From NCBI RefSeq assembly GCF_009914755.1, contig NC_060937.1: 64,000 nt of DNA; one strand, given 5' to 3'. The translations under genes were made by a program, and so were the position numbers. Under the pieces are notes generated by a model that did not search any database, had not been told where the DNA came from, and was given only the letters and a program-made list of their open reading frames with translations. Shown in pieces: positions 46,436 through 59,592 of the stretch (position 1 is the stretch's first letter; every line of letters starts with the position of its first letter). Source of the DNA: the human T2T-CHM13v2.0 reference genome, Homo sapiens.

Positions 46436-46632
46436 AACTTTCCTAAATTATAAGTACTAGAGGAAAAAATATCTACTGTAGCACATGATTTAGAACTATT
46501 AATGTACAGTGTGGTAACCTTTCAGGGAAAATGTTACGGTTTGTTTTTAAGCACTACTTTGCCTTCCTTTAACTTCCTTAAAACTCTATAAGGAGTATTG
46601 TCAATAACCTACATTAAGACTGCACAAAACTG

Positions 46633-46929
46633 GCCAGGCTCGGTGTCTCACGCCTGTAATCCCAGCACTTTGGGAGGCCCAGGTGCACGGATCACCTGAG
46701 GTCGGGAGTTTGAGACCAGCCTGGCCAATGTGGAGAAACCCCATCTCTACTAAAAATACAAAATTAGCCGGGCGTGGTGGTACATGCCTGTAATCCCAGC
46801 TACTTCGGAGGCTGAGGCAGGAGAATCATTTGAACCCCAGGAGGCAGAGGTTGCAGTGAGCCGAGATTGTGCCATTGTACTCCAGCCTGGGCAACAAGAG
46901 CAAAACTCTGTATCAAAAAAAGAAAAAAG
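46633..46929 (+). mobile_element. Alu (AluSp/Sq-like)
   Basis: Sense Alu; TSD aagactgcacaa. Confidence 0.92.
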
Positions 46930-47776
46930 ACTGCACAAGACTATATGTATCATTGAACTAATTCAGTATGAGTTATATATTTATTTTCCCTTTATTTATG
47001 TTAGGGGAAAAACCTTTTCTTGAGAGCAATATGTAGAAAATAATTCTGTCAGATTTTAGAGCATAGTATCAGAGTACCAGTAGTTAAAAATACGTAGAAC
47101 CAGAACAAACATTGACAAGTAGGTAATATGGAATAAGCCATGGACAGTTGCCTTAAGCAAAGATCATTTAATGAATATTAGGATAATATTCATTAAATTC
47201 ATCAAAGATCATTTAATGAATATTAGGATAATTGAAAATTTGAAGAAAATTCTGTTTCACATCATGAACTAGCTAGTAGTAAATAATACCCCAAATCTGA
47301 AGTGTGACAATATTCTAAGTTTGAAAAGAGTGTGATAAATTAAAAGGGAAGGATGGCCAGATTGATTATACAAAATTAAGATTTTATATAAGCTTATTTT
47401 GGTAGAAATAATGACAGAAATTGTCTGGTAAATGATTTGAATGTTTGAGCCTTCAGTGAGTTGTAAACATATTTTAATGAATTATGTATCAATTAATGAA
47501 ATAAAGTACATTGAAAATAACAAAAATAAAGTGAAAACCATAACAAGACAAGTTGATAGACTAAGGATCAGTATTTATGCTTTACAAAGACCTCACTAAA
47601 ATATTACTGCCAAATTCCATTAGGGTCATGAGTAAAGATCATATACTAGCATTTACACAAGCAGAAATACCAAAAGTAAATGTATGAAAAAACTTTGATA
47701 ATAGTAGTTAAAATCTAAATTTAAATAGCAAGGTGCTCATTTGCTGTGGGGTTGCTGGAAAAGTATTAAAATCTTA

Positions 47777-48139
<363 letters not shown>

Positions 48140-48617
48140 CTAAGCTATAAAACCACTTCTACTTTACTTTTTTGTGTTTTTTTAAAATTTTTTAAAAACC
48201 AATTTCTTAATACTTTACATTTTATTATTAATATTTATACTTCTAAGTATTTTTCCTAAGGAAAAAGTACTTCCCACAGAAGAAAAAAATTAAGTAGATG
48301 AGTATGTTCATTGCACTGTAATTTATTATGCCAAAAATGGAAGATACTGGGAGAAAAATTATTGAGCATCAACTGGGTAAACTATAATACAAACGAACGT
48401 TAAGCGTGAAGGGATAGAAACATAGGGCAGTGTTTGTGTAAAAATGTCTGAGTCGAAAATTATGTGCATACTGATGAATGATATAAATGTACTCATGGAT
48501 ATCTGAAAGGGAATGTGACAAAAAAAATTTAGATATTTTATTTATTTTTGCTGCAAACGTAGATAAATTCTTTTCTGCATGTTATGAATTTCATATTTTG
48601 TGTATATATTGTTTCAG

Positions 48618-48758
48618 CTAGATGCTGGTGTGCCAGAAAAAATAAGCCTGATTTCCAGAGATGAGAAGAGTGTACTTGTGGTGACCTACAGTGACTTAAA
48701 GCGCTGCTTTGAAAATACTTTTCAAGAACTGATTGCAGCTGCAAATGGTCAGTTGTAG
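48618..48758 (+). CDS. PAN3: PAN3 last coding exon (~19): LDAGVPEKISLISRDEKSVLVVTYSDLKRCFENTFQELIAAANGQL*
   Basis: Acceptor gtttcag|CTA; TAG at 48756-48758; 141 nt. Confidence 0.96.
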   Translation, partial: LDAGVPEKISLISRDEKSVLVVTYSDLKRCFENTFQELIAAANGQL

Positions 48759-51570
48759 TATTTGCTAAAAAAGCACGCAGGACATGGCTAAAGACCTTAA
48801 CCAATAGCAAATTGCACTACAGCTGAACTTTTCATCATCTCATTCACATTTGGGAAACGAACAGGAGATGAGCAAAGCTGCTTGCACTTCAGTCAGGTAC
48901 ACTGTTACTTGAAAGGAAGAATGTTTCACTTACCCAAGAGCTATGGCTGCCATTGGAGGCTGTTATCTGTGAAGAATTTATTTTAGATTTAGGAGCACCA
49001 TCAGGTGAATGATGTTCCTGCTTTTGTTTTTTCCACTTGTATATGCACTAATTTTAATTTTTTAAAGACTTTTTCTGATCTTTGAACTTTTGCCACATTG
49101 TATACTTACAATGGGAAACTTTGCAAGGACATTTTTGGGAAGCAATGCTGGGCAGCGTTTTTGCCATTGAGGGTTGCAGAATTTGCTCTTTTTGGGATGG
49201 GTTGCCCTGAATAACATTACGGACCAGGTAAATAATTTCATAGAAGTTCAGTATAGTACGTAATTCTTGTAAGAGTATTGTATGCAAGCTCTCTGTATGC
49301 CACCCACTGTTAGTTCAAATTGAGATTTTTGTTTTGTTTTGTTCTTAAGAACATACCAAGAAAATATCAGTGAATTGTTGGATATGAATTCCCTGTTAGT
49401 TGATTTAAATCCTTTCTGAATAAAGATCAGATAAACAGTAACTGAAGGAGCATGTATAGCTCTTTCCTTCAAATTCAACTAGAGCCTTTTTAAAAAGACA
49501 TTTGCCTGCTAGTCAGATACATTTACATTTATGCAAATTTTTTAAATAGGAGAAAATTAAGAAATTGTGTTAAAGGCCTAAAGTTCAGGAGTGTATTACT
49601 TTAGGTTCTTTCCAGTTTGCTGGTTTTTTTTTTTTTTTTTTTTTTTTTTGGGCGGGGGGGAGGTTTATGAAGTTTTGCTCTTTGAACCACAGCTTTATTA
49701 TGGTCCTTTACACTGGAGACAGACACAGAGACACTGTTCAGAAGATGAACTAAACTCAGCAGTGGTCTGGTATCAAGAGCTTTCTGATGTTTTACAGCCT
49801 GAATTTGGAGGGATAACGATCTGCTGTGCCTTTGCAGTCACTGCTTAGCCCAAAGTAATAGTACTTTTGATAATAACTCACTCTGTGCGATATTCCTGAA
49901 TAAGTCCATCTCAAAAGTTTGGGATTTTCCTCCTCTTAACTTTCTTAATATTTGGACATGCAGTTGTCGCCAAACTTGGGTATTCATGGAATTTCTAGTA
50001 AATGAAATACCTATACTTTGATACTGAAGACTGCCAAATACATAGGAATTTTCTTTCTTAAAAAACAGTAATGAAGACTATATCTCCTTTCCCAGCACTG
50101 AATGTTTTACTAGCACTGGGTGCTCACCATGCAACTGAAGAAAATGTGGAAACTCAAAAGGTCAGGACAGACTTCCAAGCACTTGCAACTGATGTTACTG
50201 TCTTCAATTTTAATAATTACACATATTTGTATATTTCAGAGAAGTTTTTAATATTTCTCTGTCCACTTTTTATAAGCTTTAAAATGATTTTCTCTGCCTT
50301 GAGATTTGCATCAAGAAAAAGCACCTCTCTTCACCTGAAAGCTTTGAAGACTAGAGACACGCTTTACACGTTTTAACAAGTATATTGAGTCCACGTTTGG
50401 TAGCATCAGTTGTTGAGTTAAAAAGAAAATTATTGCATTTGATCTGGATGGATTTTAAAAGAATATAATGTTCAATATTAAAAGGATAATTCACATTTGC
50501 CACCATAATGTTCTTTTTTATGTAAAAAGAAGAACTTGGAGACATTAACATGAAAAAGTCTTTTATCATTAGCTCATGTATTTGAGGAAGAGCAGCTGTC
50601 TTTTTATATGTTTTTTGACAAATCATATTGTATTCTTTTGTACAAAAAAGAACTACTTGTATTCTAGAAGAAATATGAAATGCTTAATTTATAAGCGGGC
50701 TGGAGATTTTTTCCAATATTGTTTTCTTTGAAAATGAAAGGGGATCATCTATTTTAGTTTTGGGGTCTGGGAACTTTTTGAAAATTTAATTTGTGGACCA
50801 ATGTTTTGTGAAAGCTAAAGAGGGCAGGGGTTAAAATAGGGCTTGAATTTCTCATTCTGTATAGACCAGCAAACTTCCCTGTGCAAGGCAAGTTTACATC
50901 ACAAATCCAAGAATGTTTGCATCCTAAATGCTAGTTTGCTTCAGCCCCTAGTTAACCTCAGGACTTGGTTTGCATATAAAAGGTAGACAGCTGATATGTT
51001 TTCATGAATAAATATTGTCAGCCAGAAAAGGTTGGTGTCAGGTAATGCATATTTTTTTAAGCTTTGTTTTATATTTATTTTTCATTTAGTTTTTATTGGG
51101 AATGGTTTTCAAAGAACTCTCAGTTCTGCCTAGGTGTTTTTGGGGGAGCCCTGTTTTCCATAGTGTAATTCCATTTAAGAGGTTGTCTAAAAGTCTTTTT
51201 AATTAATAGAAAGATTTTAATATCCAAGAGTAGTCAAATTAAGGATATAAACTTTCCACACCTTCCTGTCGTGACAGATAAAAGCACAGAAAGGACAACC
51301 CTTGAAATCATGTAACGTTGGTCATTTCAATATTTTGTACCTGTTTTAAATTCTGTTAGTGTATTTACTTCATTGTAAATATTTTTGAGGGTACCTTTGT
51401 ATTTTGCTTTTGACCTTGGTTCTGTGATTTGGATGTCAACAACTTCCCTAAAAAGCACCAGTGTGTTAGGTTCTAATGTCATGACCCAATTTGTGTTATT
51501 CATCTTTAATCCTGTTTTCAGTCTCTATGTGTACAGCAGTATTTTTAATAAAGAATTACAGAGATAAATT
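48759..51570 (+). other. PAN3: PAN3 3'UTR (~2.8 kb, AU-rich, free of interspersed repeats)
   Basis: Follows the stop codon; no Alu/L1 until after the distal AATAAA; proximal AATAAA at 49419 and 51007, ATTAAA at 50477, Pumilio-type TGTAAATA at 51374. Confidence 0.85.
51547..51552 (+). terminator. PAN3 distal polyadenylation signal AATAAA
   Basis: AATAAA with upstream TGTA and a U/GU-rich downstream element (tttgtccttttcttgcacgtgtt, ~51568-51590). Confidence 0.85.
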
Positions 51571-52076
51571 TGTCCTTTTCTTGCACGTGTTCATATAACA
51601 AGATGATGATTATCTTATGATTGGATTTTAAAAGATTGGTTATTTCCTCTGTATTTTGGAGGAATTTTTGTATTTGGATGAAGTGGCAGCAGATTTATTC
51701 ATTAATTTATCAGGTAGTCCTTAAGTCTTATCTACTGTGTCCTTGGATCTGTTCTAGGCACTAAGACAGATACAGGGACTTGGTATTTACAGAATGTATA
51801 GTTATACCCAAACATCTTAATACAATACATGACTAACAATGTAGTTTAGGAGAGAAGACTACTCACGAGAAAGCATAAGGGGTCTGCCATGTGTATGTCT
51901 GGTGGTAAAGTATTCCAGGTAAGGGAATGTTTCAGAGCCTTTGCGGAACAGCAGGGGAGCGAATGTGGCTAGAGCCAAGTTAAGTAGGAAGTGACGTCAG
52001 AAAGGTCTATAGGGAAGGGGTGTGTCCTGTGGACCATTTTAAGTATTTTGGCTTTTACCCTCAAAAGAGGAAGCCG

Positions 52077-52366
<290 letters not shown>

Positions 52367-52417
52367 GGAAGCTGCAGGAGGATTTTCAGCAGAAGAGTAA
52401 CATGATAAGACATTTAA

Positions 52418-53018
<601 letters not shown>

Positions 53019-53170
53019 CACCTGGACTAGGGTGGTAGCAGTAGAGGTGGTGCAGAGTGGCTGGACTTCAAATAAGGTTTTAAAGGTAGAGCCATCAGGG
53101 ATGTCCTGATTCACTGGATGCGGACAAAGAAGAGAGAAGTCAGGAATGACTCTTAAGATTTTGGCTTGCT

Positions 53171-53454
53171 GGCCAGGTGCAGTGGTTCATGCCTGTAATC
53201 CCGACACTTGGGAGGCCAAGGTGCGCAGATCACCGGAGCCCAGAGTTTTGAGACAGGCCTGGGCAACATAGTGAGACCTTGTCTCCACAAAAAGTAAAAT
53301 CAGCCAGGCATGGTGTCACGCACCTGTAGCCCCAGCTACTCAGGGGGCTGAGGTGGGAGGATTGATTGAGCCCAGGAGGTCAAGGCTGCAGTGCACCGAG
53401 ATGGAGCCATTGCACTCCAGCCTGAGCGACAAAGTAAGACCCTGTCTCAAAAAA
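53171..53454 (+). mobile_element. AluJ-like
   Basis: Sense Alu; TSD tttggcttg. Confidence 0.88.
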
Positions 53455-53619
53455 TATTTTCTTTGGCTTGATGCTCACAGGATAGAGGATTCTGCTGAAT
53501 TGGAAGAGACTGTTGTAAGAACAAAGAGTCTACAGGGCAGGGGAGGATGGAGAAACAGGAAAAGACAATTTGGGAGTTTGGTCTAAGGCCCATTAAGTTT
53601 GAGATGTTTAGTACACATT

Positions 53620-54180
53620 TGTTCTGGTTATTTGCTTTGTAACAACTCCACCCTTAATGGCATAAAACAAGCATTTTATTACATTCAAGGATTCTGTGGG
53701 TCAGGAATCTGGGCAAGACACAGCAGGGAGGCTTGTCTCTATGCCATTGTGATTGGGCCTCCGCTGGGAAATTCCAATGGATGGGGGCTGGAGTGACTTG
53801 CGGGCTGGACTCAGCTGGCTGCTGTCTATGGGAGCACCTTCACATGGCCTCCATGTGGCTTAGGTTTCTCCAAGTATGGCTGCTGGGTCCCTGGCGGGAA
53901 CTGTTGAAGAGTGAGTGTACCAAGACTCAGGAAGTGCATGATCTTTTCTGACCTGGCCTCCAAGCCATGCAGTGTCCCTTCTTTCACATTGCATTGATCA
54001 CAAGTGAGTCCTAAAGCTAGCTCTGATTCTAGGGGAGGGGACATTGCCAAAGGTCGTGTGCCAAAGGTCGTGTGAGATGGGAGATAATCTTGCAGCTGTC
54101 TTTGAAAAATAGAATATTTTTGAAAAATACAGTACAATATCTTTGAAAAATACACCTGTATTTGAAAAAAATACAGTCTG
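53620..54180. mobile_element. MLT1-type MaLR LTR
   Basis: gattctgtgggtcaggaatctgggca...cacatggcctccatgtggctt...gcagctgtctttgaaaaata. Confidence 0.7.
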
Positions 54181-56589
54181 CTAGAGCATCAAGGGGAGAT
54201 GTCAGGTTAGCACTTGTGTATATATGAGTTTAGAGTGTTGCAGCGGGCAGGAAGAATCTCTTCTGTCCATGAAAGTCATCATATGGGTGTCATTGAAAGC
54301 CCTGAGATTGGTTGAGATCATGAAGGAAGTTGGTATAGACTGAGAAAAGAAAGCTTCAAGGGCAAGCCCTGGGGTAACTAGAGCAATGTTCAAAAGTCAG
54401 GGAAAAGAGGTAAAACCAGCAAAAGAGACAGGTAGCCTATGAGATGGGAAGAAGAAAGTATCATGTCCTGGAACCAAACTGAAGTTGTTTTTGCGAATAA
54501 GTGTCAAGCTGCTGAAGTGTCAAATAAGAATGGGACTGAGAGTTAGCCATTGGATTTATCAATATGGAGTCACTGGTGACCTTAGCAAAAGCAGTTTCAG
54601 TGAGTGATCGTGAAAGCTAGGCTTGAGTGGGTTTAAGAGTGAGTGGGAGGAGAGGAGTTGGAAACAAGTAATAATAACTAATAACCAACTCGCTCATGGG
54701 ATTTTGCTGTAAAGGGAAATAGAGAAATTGGGTGGTAGCTGGAGGAGAAAGTACAGATGAAAATTTTGTAAGATGGGAGAAATAACATGTATGTTCCAGT
54801 GGAAAAGGGGAAAATTGATGGTGGGGGGCGGTGGAGAATTGCTAAAGCAATTCAAGTCTCAGAGGGACACCAGTGTGTTTTGGGTTGGCTGTCTAGAAGG
54901 GCAAGCACAGTATATGGGGACATAAGCTTGGAGGTGGGGAGATGTGACAAGTGGGGTCTTGGAGTTCTTTAATTTTCCCATTGAAGTAAAGGATATACTA
55001 ATAGTACCTATCATGTTAGATTGCCTTGAAAATAAGTGTGTTCCTTTAAAGCACTTTAAATAGTTGCTGGCACATATTGGGTACTCAAATGATAGCAATG
55101 ATAGCAATTACTAGCTATCACTGCTTCCCAAATACCAATCTGTGGAACAACATGTGTTCATTAGTTTATTCTAGTACAAATGAAAATGGGAAAAAGAAGG
55201 ATAATATAGGTATGTTTCAAAACAAATATATTTTAGTCTGAGATTAAGCCCTTCCACCTTTTAAAATGGGTTTTCTCCTATGAAAAGTAGTGGTACTAAA
55301 TGGCAGGGGTTTTTTTCTTCTTTTAGTAATATTGCATTGAAGAATTGTGTACATACATTCATATATATACACACACATTCACAAGTAAGTGTGCAGCTCA
55401 GTGACTCATCATAAGGTGAGCATACCTATGCACTACCACCCGGATCAGGAAATAGAACATTAGTAGCATCTGGTTGGATTTTGGGTTTTTTTTTTCCCCC
55501 TCCCTCAAGTGTTCTTAGCTCGCAGAATAGAAGAATGGCCATCCCTGTGTTGGGATCAAGGATTTTTTTTTTTAATTTCCTGGCCTGTGAAACCCAAAAG
55601 TCTGGTAATATGTTTAACACTGAGGAGTCCAATAAACCTTACTAGGCCATACTTCTGCTGGAGGAAAGAATAAAAATTAATTCCCAAATGTACTATAAGT
55701 TTCCAGAGCCATGAGAACATTTCTAAACTGACGTGACATTGATTCCTCAAGCATTCTTCAAGTCATTTGCCTGAATGAATGATTTTATTCTTATGTTATG
55801 AAACCCATAATACTTTTTAAAGGATTTCAGATTCTTGAAGACAAAATGCCTCTTGCCCTCTTGAGTTAACTAAAAGTGTACTGAGATTTGTCATTTATCC
55901 ATTTTTATTGTCTTTGTCCCAAAGAAAGTAGGCCTATTTTTTCCCCTTAAAATATCTTTCCAATCTAGTTTCCTTATGATGATATTAGGCGGGTAATACT
56001 ATGACCAATTTCTAAGACAAAGTGTTGGTCACTTATTCAATTTCTAGTACTTAGTGACCTGAGTTGTTTTCCTAGGACATAATCCACAAAACAAGATTGA
56101 AGAATACAGAGCTGGCATGTGTACTTTTACATTCTTGGGTTTCAAGCTTTTGCCTATTATTTTGTGTGGTTTTCTGCAGCATGTGTACACACCCTCTGTG
56201 ATTATGCTAATTATTTATCAGCTGAAAATTAGTGTTTGGGGACAACTGCCTCTTTTTAATTGAGGGCACTTTTCTCTGCGGCTGGCACTCACACCCAGCA
56301 TATGCTTTACTTGTTTCATGATCCTGTTGATGTTAGGGTTTAGTTTTCTGGGCAATCTGCCTAGTTTGATTTTGTTTTTTACTTACTGGTTGCAGTGTTC
56401 TGATTGTTTAGCACAGCCATTTTCTAGGACCGATAGAAACCTCTTTGCCCTCTCTTCAGCAGCATTTGCTTTATCTTTCTTGTGCTGTGTTTAATAAAGA
56501 GCACTAGTCCTCCACCCCCAGGGACACCTGTGACCTCTTTTTTACACTTAACAAGCAAATCAGGGAGAAAATATATGTGTTTTTGGAAG

Positions 56590-56595
56590 TTTATT
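56590..56595 (-). terminator. FLT1 distal polyadenylation signal AATAAA
   Basis: tttatt on + strand; U/GU-rich downstream element on - strand (tattttctccctgatttgcttgtt); proximal AATAAA also at 57292 and 57355. Confidence 0.8.
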
Positions 56596-56739
56596 ATATG
56601 AAGATGGTATACAAAATACATTCATCATGACTAGAAATATAGGACCAAACCATGTCTGTCTTATATCTGTAGCATATATTCTTGGTTTGTATAAAAGTAA
56701 CTTTAAAATTCCAGTTTCCTTAAATAGTTATGCACAAAA

Positions 56740-56747
56740 CACACATA

Positions 56748-56785
<38 letters not shown>
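56740..56785. repeat. (CA)n microsatellite with a pure (CA)15 core at 56752-56781; reads (UG)n in the FLT1 mRNA
   Basis: Seen directly in the sequence. Confidence 0.97.
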
Positions 56786-59390
56786 GTTACACCACTGTCG
56801 GCCAAAGATGCACTCCTCCTTTAATCAATTTAAATGAGGCTAGCGAGTATCTGTTTGATGTTTGCATTCTTGTGGGCTAGGAAACAAGGCACGGGTCCCT
56901 AAAATTAACATCTCGGTGTCACTTCTTGGACTGACAAGACACAGACTTGCACATGGTTTCAGCCCCATTCCACCCAGACTGTTCCACGTACATTATCTCA
57001 GAAACTCTGAAAGGAAGTGCTCGTTCTTTGTTAGTGCCAACCATTTTTGTCATAAATGGCAAATGATTGGAATATTATCAGTTAATTCATGTTTCAATTT
57101 TCAGTGCTATTTTAATGAACAAGCACTTTGTAACTAGCTCATTATTACAAGTCTCCATTTTTCTTTCTACATTAAGACTCCAGATGGAACCATTCTTTGA
57201 CTGATGGATGGACTCATGTATGCTACAAACCTGAGTTTGAAGGAGCTGAGTAACAATTCTAATGGTTTTGCTTTTCTCTTGAAAAGGAGTATTTATTATG
57301 GTCTCTTAATGATTAAGAATTAATTATTGAAATCAAGACATGAATAGCTAAGGTTTTATTTGTTATCACTATTTGCTGGGCTATTATCTGATTTGGAAAA
57401 AAAAAAAAAAGTAGAGAATTGACTGAGGTCTTCTTTTTTCTGTGTTTAACCTCCTTCCAGTTACCTGATTTATAAAATTGCCAGCTGTCACAGGTGGTTT
57501 GCGTATGTAAAGAAGAGGAAGAACAAAGATTTGTCCTCTCTTCTGGCTCTAGCCTGCTTTTGTTTGGATTTAGATCTTGGTGGAGAGGACTGTCCCACTC
57601 CTCTCTTCTGGCTAGTGAGTCTTCCACAAAAGCCGCTGCCAGGAGCCAGTAGGCTCACTAGGGAATGTGCTGATGACGGTCCCATCTCTTCATACAGAGA
57701 GCCTTTAAACAAGGATGTGGCACATAAGAACAGAGGCATACATTCTTCGGTTACTTAGAGCTCAGGTTCTACAGTTAAATTACATGGATAAAAGGAAGCA
57801 TACTCTTCTCCCCAAGAAGCAGCAATCCACTGTTGCCTCTCCAGCTTCTGACTGGCTGCAGAAGGTGCAGACATCATAAATACATAGACCCTAACTTGCA
57901 TAAATAGCATCAAACAGAGCCAGCTTAGCGATCCAAGGCCCACTTGATCTTTAGACCCTGAAGAGTAGGCGCCCTTTCCTACCCTGTCTCCCTATTCCCA
58001 TCATGCTCAGACCCCAGGCAAGTTTCAAAGCAGTTGAAAATGGGCTTTTCTTCTAGTGATGGCTCATTAACTAATATCCTGAGTCCCAACTGGAGAAATA
58101 CCTTGCATAAATTACATACCACCTTTTTACTCAAGGAGCTTAAAGTGCTTAATATGCGCCAGCTAATGCTCTTCCACATCCTTTCAGATTAGTGTGAGAT
58201 AGTGGAATCCCCATTAAATGAAAAGGAAACGTGACTGACTTCCTGTGTTTTGGGTCCCAACTGTGTTGGTGAATTGGTTTGGTTGGTATAGAGACGGGGT
58301 TTTCCCTTGACCTTATTGACCTTTTTCCTCCATCAGCCCTCGTTTTGATATGGAGAAAACTCCTCTCCTCAGGACTGCATTTTCATTCTTCTCAGCTTTC
58401 TTTCACAACTAACTGTGCAAAACAGAATAATACCAAGAAATTGAGTTAAGTGTCTGGACTATATATTAATACCCAAAATAGAATGTGACATTTTCAGTGT
58501 AAGGCCATCATGGCCTGGAGACAACCTAACTCTGGCTAAGTTTTCAGTGCATCTTACTAGAGGAGCCAAAAGTATGGGCTCAGAGTTGAGTGCCACCCTC
58601 AGTGCTACAAATCAAAACATGCCACGAATGAGAATGGACATAGAACCACTTCCATAGGTAAAGTTCTAAAATTTGCTTTAGTTCCAAAAAAGATATTTGT
58701 CCTTTTCTTGCCTCCCAGAATCCAGAAAATGTCCCCTCATCGCTGTCCATCTGCTCCTGGCTGGGCCCTCAAATGTAGAAGGGTCAGAGCTGGGAAGCCA
58801 CTGAAATGGCATTGCTGAGCCCCGTCCCCCTCCGTGCCCACATGGTGCGTCTCAAATTCTTTCTCATGCCTTCTCCCGGTTTCTCTTTTCTCCCTTGCTT
58901 TTTGCTTTTTTTCCTTTTCCTCCTCACATGTCTTAGGCCTGCTAGAGGACTCCCGAGATGTTGCTCAGGCCAGCCAGTGATCCCTGGGGCTAACGGGCTT
59001 GTTGCCCTGGGTTTTGGGCTGCAGGGCTGGCCCAGTGGGGTACGTGATGCATTGGGTGATCAGTGCAGCTCCTCAATCAAACTGGTCCTGCGTGCCCTGA
59101 GGTGGCGGGGGTTGGAGCAGGGAAGTCATTGGGTTTAGGAAGGATTTCTCTAACACTGAGTAACATGAGGATTTAGCAGTAGTGTTCTTCACTTGTCACT
59201 ATTTCTCTATCTGGAGTTACATTCTTGTTAGTCAAAAAAAAAAAAGCACTATTAAAAAAATCACAAAAAGCAGCTGGCTCCCATGGAAAGATAAAGGTGT
59301 AAACTTATATATGCATAATACTGGCAAAAGCTAGTTTCCTGGGGGTATAAATACACATGTGCTTCTAGAAATAAGGCTTCGTGTCAAACT

Positions 59391-59592
59391 CTAGATGGGT
59401 GGGGTGGAGTACAGGACCACCGAGTTGTAGTCTGGGGGCGGGGAGCAGCACGCGATTTTCCTTTCCAGCTCAGCGTGGTCGTAGGTGAACCTGCGCTTGC
59501 CTTCGCTGACGTGCCCACAGCTGGAATGGCAGAAACTGGGCCTGCTGACATCAGACAGCCCCGACTCCTTACTTTTACTGGTTACTCTCAAG
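59391..59592 (-). CDS. FLT1: FLT1 last coding exon (30): (D)LRVTSKSKESGLSDVSRPSFCHSSCGHVSEGKRRFTYDHAELERKIACCSPPPDYNSVVLYSTPPI*; includes Y1327 and Y1333
   Basis: ORF 59391..59618; minus-strand acceptor ttctttag|C at 59593-59594; TAG stop. Confidence 0.97.

Larger units (their letters stand above)
56578..59390 (-). other. FLT1: FLT1 full-length-isoform 3'UTR (~2.8 kb)
   Basis: Lies between the stop codon (59391-59393) and the minus-strand AATAAA; free of interspersed repeats. Confidence 0.85.

Noticed and set aside
59398-59443. G-runs suggesting a G-quadruplex at the FLT1 stop region
   Set aside because: The central loop is ~27 nt, and the runs are explained by proline codons on the coding strand.
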